64,000 nucleotides of DNA, taken from contig CATNEN010000001.1 in the NCBI GenBank assembly GCA_950097015.1, positions 15,314,001 to 15,378,000 of the forward strand, read 5' to 3'. Source of the stretch: Macrostomum hystrix. Its lineage: Eukaryota > Animalia > Platyhelminthes. A model generated the notes under the pieces. The model was not told the DNA's origin, did no database searches, and worked only from the letters and a program-made list of their open reading frames with translations. Of the stretch, positions 48,708 to 57,478 are shown piece after piece. Every line of letters starts with the position of its first letter. Positions within the stretch are counted from its first letter, which is position 1. The position numbers were made by a program, and so were the translations under genes.

Positions 48708-51700
48708 ATGGCAGACCACGAAGCGAATATGCAGCAGACTGGCTGCTCAGAAGACGAAGAAGAGAAAGAGATTAGCACAGCAGAGCGATTTCGCATTGAG
48801 CAATTTCGTCGAGTAAAAGCAAGGACAAAATCAACAGCAACGAGGACGCGCAACAAACTCGTACTGTTGCTACAGAGCGAAGCAGATCACAACTCCATCC
48901 AGCAGGCCTGCGAGGCAGCGACAATTGCACATGACGACTGCGTGAAAACGCTTGAGGCATTCTACGACGAGCTGCTTCAACAAGAAGCGACAGAAGAAGT
49001 TCGAAACAACCTGCTTGACGAGTTAGATCAAGTGGATCAACAATTTCACGACGCAATGAAATGCGTCACCCAGTTCGTCTCTGCGCAGCAGGCGGCAACT
49101 GCCGCGACTGCCGCGACTGCAGCGACTGCCGCGACTGCGGCGACTGCCGCGACTGCGGCGACTGCCGCGACTGCGGCGACTGCCGCGACTGCGGCGACTG
49201 CCGCGACTGCGGCGACTGCGGCGACTGCCGCGACTGCGGCGACTGCGGCGACTGCCGCGACTGCGGCGACTGCGGCGACTGCCGCGACTGCGGCGACTGC
49301 CGCGACTGCGGCGACTGCCGCGACTGCGGCGACTGCGGCGACTGCGGCGACTGCGGCGACTGCCGCGACTGCGGCGACTGCCGCGACTGCGGCGACTACG
49401 GCGACTGCCGCGACTGCGGCGACTGCGGCGACTGCCGCGACTGCGGCGACTGCCGCGACTGCGGCGACTGCCGCGACTGCGGCGACTGCGGCGACTGCCG
49501 CGACTGCGGCGACTGCCGCGACTGCGGCGACTGCCGCGACTGCGGCGACTGCCGCGACTGCGGCGACTGCCGCGACTGCGGCGACTGCCGCAACTGCTTT
49601 TCCGGTAATGATCGCAAGCAGCAGCATCGAAGGCTCGGTGAGTGAAGAATGTAGGTCTCAGATTAGCAGCAGTGAAGCAGCGCTAGCCAAAGATCTCTGG
49701 AAGATGCTTCGGCGAGTAGAGATTCCGAAGTTTGCTGGCGACAAGCAACAATACGAATCGTGGAAAGCTGCGTTTACTGCCTGCATTGACCGAGCCCCTG
49801 CTACGCCCGAGTTTAAGTTATTGCAACTCCGACAATATCTTCAAGGACCAGCACTGAAACTTGTCGAACATCTGGGCCATTCCGCCGCTGCCTACGAAGC
49901 CGCCAAGGACCGGCTGGAACGCGAATTCGGAGGTAGCCGCCGAAGAATTGCGCTGTACCTTGAAGAACTTGATAGCTTTCCACCTATCCGCACGTCAAAT
50001 ACAAAGGAACTTAAGCAATTTTCAAATTTGCTAGATGTAGCGGTAGTAAATCTCGAAGAGTCCGGCAAAGTCTCGGAACTGACGGATGGCTTGCTGTATG
50101 CGAAGCTGCAAAAGAAGCTCCCGGAGCAGATGGTAGCGCGCTACCGGCGTTGGCTTTTTGAAGGACATCGACCAGAGAGCGTAAAGATGTTGCGCGAGTG
50201 GGTGTTGTTAGAAGCCGCATTTCAGATAGAAGCCATGGAAATCGTGCACGGAGTGGCGAGTGAGGAAAGGTTCAAGAAGGAGACGCGATCGAAAACGTTC
50301 CTCATAAATCAGCAACAAAAACCGCTGTCGAAAACCTGCACGATGTGTCAGGATCACCACGAATTGTGGAAGTGTGCCACCTTTAGACAGCTGTCAATCG
50401 AAAACCGCTGGAAAGCTGCCCAAGATGCCAGAGCCTGTTTTCGCTGTCTAGATCGCGGTCATGCTGCGCGGATGTGCCGACATGGGCGCCGATGTGGAAT
50501 CAATGATTGTGTGAATTTGCACCACCGCTTGCTGCACAGCAACACGACGATGAAAGCGGAGTCAAAGACGAAGGTGGCGGCAGAAGCCACTCGAAAGAAC
50601 GCTGACCCGGTGCCGCGAGGAGCTGTGACAATGATGACCAGACAGGAAGGAGCGATGTCGCTACGAACAGTTCCGGTGATTCTCAAATCGGACAACCGTT
50701 CAATGAAAGTGAACGCGCTGTTAGACGATGCTAGCACAAGGACCTATGTGAACGCGGAGATTGCCGAAGCGCTGGGTTTGGAAGGCAAGATAGAGAGAGT
50801 GAAAGTGAACGTTTTGAACGGTCAGACTGAAACATTCTTGACGGCTCCTGTAACGATGACGCTAGAAAGTGTAGATGGGAGACTGAAGCGACAGATAACG
50901 GCGTTCACCACGGATAGCGTCACAGGGAAACTGAAAGCCACGGATTGGCAGACGATGGCGACTGATTGGGAACACCTAGAACGAATTCCGTTTCCTCAGC
51001 TCCACGCGCCGCATCTCATCGACCTTCTAATAGGAGTGGATCACGCAGAGCTACACGTATCCTATCGCGAGGTCCGTGGTGGACCCGGTGAGCCGCAGGC
51101 GCGTTTGACACCACTCGGATGGACTGGTGTGGGTCCAGCGGCGCAGCAGCAGCATCAGACGAACTTAGCCAGCACATTTCTGTGCATCGCCAATGACGAG
51201 CTGCTGTCACCAGTGCTGCGCAAATTCTGGGAGGTCGAAGAAGTCCGGCCAGAAAAGGATCAAAATTGGACAGCAGATGAGCAAGCGGCAGTTGATCAAG
51301 CAAAGTCTACGTTAAAGCACATTAACGGCCGTTACCAGGTGGGAATTCCATGGAGGCCAAAAGCACAAATCCGCTTGAACAACTATGACATGGCGATTAA
51401 GCGGCTGAGCAACACGGAGAGCCGGTTAAAGAAAGATCTGGAGGTGGCCAAGCAGTATCAGACATGCATAGAGCGATATGAAAAGCAAGGCTATATTCGG
51501 CGAATCAAAGAAGATGAGTTCTCCGCTAGAAGATGCTTCCTGCCGCACTTCCCGATTGTCAGGCCCGACAAGTTGACGACAAAGGTTCGAATCGTCTTCG
51601 ACGCTGCGGCGGGGGGAGACAAAAGCTCGCTCAACTCGCTGATTCTCCCAGGGCCGAAGCTTCAGCGAGAGTTGTTCGACGTGCTACTTCGCTTCAGGAG

Positions 51701-54536
51701 ACATGCGGTCGCGGTGGCTTGTGACATCTCCGAGATGTACCTCCAGATAGAAATGGCACCTGAAGACCGGCCAGCGCATAGTTTTCTATGGCGTGAAATG
51801 GACACAAACAAGCCGATCCAGATGTTTGAGTTCAACCGCTTGGTCTTCGGAAACTCTAGTTCGCCATTTTTGGCCCAGTTCGTAGTCCGTGAGCACGCAG
51901 AACGGCTGAAAGAAGAGCTGCCATCAGCGGCAGACACCGTTCTAAACTCTACCTACATGGACGATTGTTTGGACTCGGTTGCGTCGGAAGCTGAGGCGAT
52001 CCAGCTGTTTCAGGAGTTAAAGACACTCTGGGAGCGTGCAGGCATGCATCCGCGGAAGTGGATGTCCAATTCGCGAGAACTGTTGAGCAGAGTACCCCCA
52101 GCAGATAGGGTAGCCGAAGTAACTCTGGAAGGGACGCCGATGCCATCCGTCAAGACACTCGGTGTCGCATGGAGAAGTGACCAAGACGAGTTCACCTTTA
52201 AGTCCGACCATACCCGGAAAGTAGCGACAACAAAACGAGAGTTGCTGAAGACTCTAGCATCCGTATTCGACCCGCTAGGATTTATTGCACCAGTCACAGT
52301 GGAGGCAAAAATCCTGCTCCAAGATCTTTGGTGTAGTGGGCAAGAGTGGGATGAAAAGCCGGAGCCAGAGTTACAGGCAAAAATAACGAGATGGTGCGAA
52401 GAGCTACGAGAATTGGAACAGATCCGGGTCAACCGCTGCCTGCAAGTGTCATCAGAAACGACATCTGCCGTACATGTCTTCGTGGATGCATCAGAAAAGG
52501 CGTACGGTGCTGTCAGTTTCTTAAGATGCGTTGACAACGGGACTGTAAAGTCAGTCAGCCTGGTAGCAGCCAAGTCTCGAGTAGCACCGGTGGCCACTGT
52601 CAGCATTCCCCGCCTCGAGCTCATGGCCGCTGTGCTGGGAGCTCAATTGGCCGTCAAGATTGCAGCAGTACTGAAGAAAGACATCCGAGAATTTCTATTC
52701 TGGTCGGACAGCCTGAACGTTTTGTACTGGGTGAGAGGAAAAGGACGTTTCTTCAAGCCGTTTGTCGCTAACCGCATCGGAGAGATCCAGTCCATCACGG
52801 ACCCAGACCAGTGGAGATATGTACCCACCGAAGTCAATCCGGCTGATGCGCTGTCCCGAGGAATTTCAGTGAAGCAGCTGATGGAGACGGAAAGCTGGTG
52901 GCATGGACCAAGTTTTTTGCAACTGGAAGAGCGTGACTGGCCGGAGAAGGTGCTGGAAAAGCCAAAAGATGTGGAAGAAAAGCGGGCGAGTGTTCGAAGT
53001 ACGTTCGTCGGCATCCTGGAGGAACCCGCGGCCGCGGTAGGTCGTCTAGACCCGACAAGATTCTCCAGCTGGTTGAGACTCGTCCGGGTCCACGCCTGGG
53101 TCGCTCGATTCGCTAACAACTGTCGGCTGCCTCCAGAGGACAGAGTGCACGGTGAACTACTTCCAACCGAGTTCGAAGAGGCTGAGAATCGAATTATCAA
53201 GGAAGCTCAGACGGAGGGCTTCAGTGGTGAAATTCAAGGGCTAAAGAAAGGCAAGCAACTGTCGGCCCATAGTCCGTTGAGCGCGCTTAAGCCTAAACTA
53301 GACGAAGATGGCTTGATCAGGGCGGATAGCCGGTTGCAGTTTGCTGAGATTCTGCCGTTTAGTGCTCGAGTGCCGATCATCTTACCGCGGCAACATCCGG
53401 TGACAAGGCTGATTGTCAAGTTCTATCATGAGCGGGCTCATCATTCAGGCACAAATCAAACGCTGGCGAGTCTTTCGAGTCGGTTCTGGATCATCGGAGC
53501 CCGCGAAGCCATCAGAGAATCGGAAATCTCGTGTTTCGAGTGCAAACGTAGAAAGGCCAAGCCGGCGACTCAAGTGATGGCACCGCTGCCAGAGAGCCGC
53601 TTCAAAGAACCGCTCAAGGCATTTATCCGCGTGTCCGTGGATTTTGGCGGACCATTCTTGACCAAGCAAGGGCGTGGAAAGGTTAGACAGAAGCGCTATC
53701 TTGCACTTTTTACATGCATGGCAACTCGAGCAGTGCACTTAGAGATGGCCTACAGCCTAGACACCAGTTCGTTCTTGAATGCACTCTCGCGGATGATCAG
53801 TCGTCGAGGCCGCATCCTGGAGATCTATTCGGATAACGGGACCAATTTTGTCGGCGCAGAGCGTGAGCTCCGAGAGTTAGTCAGCTCCATCGACCAGAGC
53901 GAGCTTCAGCGGAGCACAGCTCATGAGCAGGTGCGGTGGCATTTTAACCCACCAGCAGCGCCGCACTTTGGAGGAGTCCACGAAAGCATGATCAAGTCGG
54001 CAAAGAAGGCGATTCAGGCGATTCTGAAAAATGCGGAAGTCAGCGACGAGGAGTTGGTCACGGCTTTCAATGCAGCGGAGTCGCTGCTCAATTCGAGACC
54101 GTTGACCTATCAGTCGGCGCACCCAAGTGATGACGTAGCCCTGACCCCAGGTCATTTCATCTATGGGCAAATCGGAGGTCAGTTGGCACCAGAAGTGGAG
54201 CAGGCTGACGCTTTCAATCCGACTAAGAGGTGGCGCCATGTCCAACGATTAATGACGGCCTTCTGGCACCGGTGGATCCGCGAGTGGCTACCATCGCTGG
54301 GAGCCAGGACCAAATGGCGTCGTGAGCAACCAGATTTACAGCCAGGTGATGTGGTACTGCACGTTACGCCTGAAAGTCCGCGAGGTCATTGGCCATTGGC
54401 GAAGGTTGTGGATGTCTATCCAGGCAAGGACGGAAGAGTGCGAGTGGCAAAAGTGCAGCTGGCTGGCAAGTTGTTCGTAAGGCCGATTGCGAGGCTGTGT
54501 CCGCTAGTCACGAAGGGAGGATTGAAGTCGGACTAG
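48708..54536 (+). CDS. BEL/Pao gag-pol polyprotein (Gag, protease, RT, RNase H, integrase)
   Basis: Gag IPKFAGD...W...F; three Cys/His knuckles (CTMCQDHHELWKC, CFRCLDRGHAARMC, CGINDCVNLHHRLLH); protease ALLDDAS; RT DISEMY and YMDD; RNase H FVDASEKAYG and IPRLEL; integrase HH-CC, DFGGP, SDNGTNF, GGVHES. ATG at 48708. Confidence 0.96.
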   Translation: MADHEANMQQTGCSEDEEEKEISTAERFRIEQFRRVKARTKSTATRTRNKLVLLLQSEADHNSIQQACEAATIAHDDCVKTLEAFYDELLQQEATEEVRNNLLDELDQVDQQFHDAMKCVTQFVSAQQAATAATAATAATAATAATAATAATAATAATAATAATAATAATAATAATAATAATAATAATAATAATAATAATAATAATAATAATAATAATAATAATAATAATTATAATAATAATAATAATAATAATAATAATAATAATAATAATAATAATAATAATAATAATAATAATAFPVMIASSSIEGSVSEECRSQISSSEAALAKDLWKMLRRVEIPKFAGDKQQYESWKAAFTACIDRAPATPEFKLLQLRQYLQGPALKLVEHLGHSAAAYEAAKDRLEREFGGSRRRIALYLEELDSFPPIRTSNTKELKQFSNLLDVAVVNLEESGKVSELTDGLLYAKLQKKLPEQMVARYRRWLFEGHRPESVKMLREWVLLEAAFQIEAMEIVHGVASEERFKKETRSKTFLINQQQKPLSKTCTMCQDHHELWKCATFRQLSIENRWKAAQDARACFRCLDRGHAARMCRHGRRCGINDCVNLHHRLLHSNTTMKAESKTKVAAEATRKNADPVPRGAVTMMTRQEGAMSLRTVPVILKSDNRSMKVNALLDDASTRTYVNAEIAEALGLEGKIERVKVNVLNGQTETFLTAPVTMTLESVDGRLKRQITAFTTDSVTGKLKATDWQTMATDWEHLERIPFPQLHAPHLIDLLIGVDHAELHVSYREVRGGPGEPQARLTPLGWTGVGPAAQQQHQTNLASTFLCIANDELLSPVLRKFWEVEEVRPEKDQNWTADEQAAVDQAKSTLKHINGRYQVGIPWRPKAQIRLNNYDMAIKRLSNTESRLKKDLEVAKQYQTCIERYEKQGYIRRIKEDEFSARRCFLPHFPIVRPDKLTTKVRIVFDAAAGGDKSSLNSLILPGPKLQRELFDVLLRFRRHAVAVACDISEMYLQIEMAPEDRPAHSFLWREMDTNKPIQMFEFNRLVFGNSSSPFLAQFVVREHAERLKEELPSAADTVLNSTYMDDCLDSVASEAEAIQLFQELKTLWERAGMHPRKWMSNSRELLSRVPPADRVAEVTLEGTPMPSVKTLGVAWRSDQDEFTFKSDHTRKVATTKRELLKTLASVFDPLGFIAPVTVEAKILLQDLWCSGQEWDEKPEPELQAKITRWCEELRELEQIRVNRCLQVSSETTSAVHVFVDASEKAYGAVSFLRCVDNGTVKSVSLVAAKSRVAPVATVSIPRLELMAAVLGAQLAVKIAAVLKKDIREFLFWSDSLNVLYWVRGKGRFFKPFVANRIGEIQSITDPDQWRYVPTEVNPADALSRGISVKQLMETESWWHGPSFLQLEERDWPEKVLEKPKDVEEKRASVRSTFVGILEEPAAAVGRLDPTRFSSWLRLVRVHAWVARFANNCRLPPEDRVHGELLPTEFEEAENRIIKEAQTEGFSGEIQGLKKGKQLSAHSPLSALKPKLDEDGLIRADSRLQFAEILPFSARVPIILPRQHPVTRLIVKFYHERAHHSGTNQTLASLSSRFWIIGAREAIRESEISCFECKRRKAKPATQVMAPLPESRFKEPLKAFIRVSVDFGGPFLTKQGRGKVRQKRYLALFTCMATRAVHLEMAYSLDTSSFLNALSRMISRRGRILEIYSDNGTNFVGAERELRELVSSIDQSELQRSTAHEQVRWHFNPPAAPHFGGVHESMIKSAKKAIQAILKNAEVSDEELVTAFNAAESLLNSRPLTYQSAHPSDDVALTPGHFIYGQIGGQLAPEVEQADAFNPTKRWRHVQRLMTAFWHRWIREWLPSLGARTKWRREQPDLQPGDVVLHVTPESPRGHWPLAKVVDVYPGKDGRVRVAKVQLAGKLFVRPIARLCPLVTKGGLKSD
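49092..49595 (+). repeat. In-frame 9-bp repeat in gag encoding ~56 x Ala-Ala-Thr
   Basis: (GCC/GCG GCG ACT)n, 504 nt, one TAT variant unit. Confidence 0.95.
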
Positions 54537-55005
54537 TGGAGTGTGTGAAGTAAGTTAACTGAGTTTCTGAGGACATGTCGTCGGTTTATGTGTGTTGGAC
54601 ATCATTTTCTGTTACATGCGTTGCTTTGCGTTAAGTTGCTTCATTATAAGAGTTTGGTGGTGGGAATTTGCTATAGTTGTATGTTTAATTTTCTTTCTTT
54701 CCTTATTTTTTAATTTAAATTTCCTTCCCTGCGCACAGTTGCCGTTTGAGTTAAGTGTGTTTACTTCGTACGCTGCGTTCTTGGTGAGTTTGTATGCGCA
54801 ATAGATGTGTTATTAGTTCGTGCTCCATCACCTATAATTATATTAACCATTGATTTCGCACATTATGATTTGAGAGTCGTACTGGTTTATGCGGTTTAGT
54901 TTTGTTTTGTTGTAATTCAAAGGTAATTTTCAGCGTTGTTTATGCAGTTTTCGACTATTTTGGATTATGTTCATTTAGGGTGAGTCATTGGCATGTGCTC
55001 ATGCC

Positions 55006-55016
55006 AAGAAGGGAGG
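55006..55016 (+). promoter_or_regulatory. Polypurine tract
   Basis: AAGAAGGGAGG, 2 nt before the 3' LTR. Confidence 0.85.
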
Positions 55017-55018
55017 TA

Positions 55019-55365
55019 TGGTTGAGAGGCCTGAGTAGTTTATTAATTCTAATTATTTTGGTTGCATTCATATATTGTATTTTCAGTCTAGAAGTGCTCT
55101 AAGCTGACAGCCAATCAGCGTGCTTCAAGCGTCACAGTAATTTTTCTAACCCAAGCCCCAGTCAGTGTGCATCTATCGGCACCGTACAATACTTCGTGTT
55201 GCTAGTACTTTTCTCACCCCCAGTCACCACCTCAATGCAAAATAAAAATAAATATTACTGCGGAGCTAGAGCGCAGAGGTCGTACCGGTAGTACTCATAC
55301 CTTGTTATGCGATAAAACGCCGCTGTCAAATCATTGTCCTTCTTCGTTACTTGTTCACCGAAACA
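55019..55365 (+). repeat. 3' LTR
   Basis: Direct repeat of 48337-48683. Confidence 0.97.
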
Positions 55366-56180
55366 CAATTCCCAACAACTCAATTCCCAACAACTCAATT
55401 CCCAACAATTTAATTCCCAACAACTCAATTCCTGACAACTCAATTCCAAACAACTCAATTCCTGACAACTCAATTCCAAACAACTCAATTCCCGACAACT
55501 CAATTCCCAAAAACTCAATTCCCGACAACTCAATTCCCAACAACTCAATTCCCAACAACTCAATTCCAAACAACTCAATTCCTAACAACTCAAATCCTTA
55601 CAACTCAATTCCCATCAACTCAATTCCCAACAACTCAATTCCCAACAACTCAATTCCCATCAACTCAATTCCCATCAACTCAATTCCGATCAACTCAATT
55701 CCCAACAACTCAATTCCCAACAACTCAATTCCCAACAACTCAATTCCCAACAACTCAATTCCCGACAACTCAATTCCCAACAACTCAATTCCCGACAACT
55801 CAATTCCCGACAACTCAATTCCCAACAACTCAATTCCCAACAACTCAATTCCCAAAAACTCAATTCCCGACAACTCAATTCCCAACAACTCAATTCCCAA
55901 CAACTCAATTCCTGACAACTCAATTCCAAACAACTCAATTCCCGACAACTCAATTCCCAAAAACTCAATTCCCGACAACTCAATTCCCAACAACTCAATT
56001 CCCAACAACTCAATTCCCAACAACTCAATTCCAAACAACTCAATTCCCAACAACTCAATTCCAAACAACTCAATTCCTAACAACTCAAATCCTTACAACT
56101 CAATTCCTAACAGCTCGATTTCCAACAACTCAATTCCCAACAACTAAATACACAATGCCCCAATTCTTAACAACTCAATA
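55366..56180. repeat. 15-bp minisatellite, right part
   Basis: (AACTCAATTCCCAAC)n resumes in register after the TSD. Confidence 0.96.
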
Positions 56181-56548
56181 TCTTGCATCTCATTAAAGAT
56201 TTAGCAACGCCATACCATTACTAATAGTTCTGTTTTGGCTCGTTTTTTTATTATTCAAATATTTTTTATACGAGTTCAAGGCCCAGTGTCAGACACCAAA
56301 CAAAAGTTATTTTGCGTAGAAACGCAAATGTTTTGTTTAAAAGATGAAACATTCAGTTTGTCCTTAATTTCACAGCAACGCCAGCAGACCACAGTGGCAG
56401 ATACGCCATGATAATTATTTAAATGTTTGTTGCTTCAGGGAAGCTTTTCCCTAATTTAAAAAGTTCTCTTATCTCTTATTTTAAGAGTCAAAAAATTCAT
56501 CTTCGGAACAGGCTCGCACCCCCAGTTCTTGGAGGATCCGTTTTAACA

Positions 56549-56870
56549 ACAAGGTCCCTGAGCTCGATTCCGCGTCAAGGCCACTTTTTGAGGGCGCAGC
56601 CACGGCGAGAAGACTTGGGGACTTGTCGTGTAATTTAAACCCTTGAGGGCAAACGTCCACGGCACAGTGAGAGTGTACACTGCCTGAAGATGAGAAAATC
56701 AGGACAGATGTACACACCTAGGTGAGCGTGTGCCTGCCTACAGTATCTGTCTGCGTGTGCGCTTAGGAGTCAGCGAAATGGGCAGAATTGCCTCCTCGCT
56801 GGCTTCGCGTCAAGTGTCACCACAATATTACGCGATTTCCCACAGCCCTCCTGCAATAATTATTATTATC
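56549..56870 (+). mobile_element. SINE family A copy, 5'-truncated
   Basis: CAAGGTCCCTGAGCTCGATTCCGC...GTGTACACTGCCTGA...GCCTCCTCGCTGGC...CAGCCCTCCTGCAAT(TAT)n. Confidence 0.87.
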
Positions 56871-57478
56871 GTTATAAATTGCTTCACATTGTGAAAGTCC
56901 TATAGATAACTGTCAGATTGCTTGAGTCGGCAAAATGAACAGAAATGCCTTTTTGATGGCAGTGAGCGCGTTCACACTGAAAATATAATCGGATCATGAT
57001 TTTCCCAAGAAGGACACTAGGAATTTGAATATGATAAGCATTTTCATTCCTCACTATTCTGTTCTCAGTTTGATTCCCTCGCCTCAGGTTAAATTCCACC
57101 AACCGCTACGTAGACAAATGCTTATCAATTTCTTTCCACACCCCCCACAGTTAGCCCAGTGGCTCACGTGGGACTCTCAGTTGCTAGGAAAATCAAAGAG
57201 TTCAATGACACAGTCGGACGGAATAATTTAGCAGGGTTCGGGCAGCCTGCTGCGATAAGGCCTGACAGGGAGATAACAAATCAATGCCACTACACTCGAA
57301 AAGGCGACTGCAAATTCAGCCACTGCTAATCAGTATTTCTATATTTCAAATAACTTCTACGCTAACATTCAACTGACTCACTGACTATCTCGCTAAAAAT
57401 AAATCTACACTTAGCAAAAAGCATGTATATATATCTAACAACGTCTTAAAATTCGTGTTCGTAAACCATTGCGAAAAA

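Larger units (their letters stand above)
48337..55365 (+). mobile_element. Full-length BEL/Pao LTR retrotransposon, recent insertion
   Basis: TG...CA LTRs of 347 bp, 5-bp TSD CAATT (48332-48336 / 55366-55370), PBS, PPT and a single intact gag-pol ORF. Confidence 0.97.

Noticed and set aside
49061-49645. Cys-rich (DCR/DCG)n and (AVA)n ORFs
   Set aside because: Alternative frames of the 9-bp gag repeat.
54537-55005. env-like ORF after pol
   Set aside because: Only ~470 bp of T-rich sequence with short ORFs; typical 3' UTR.
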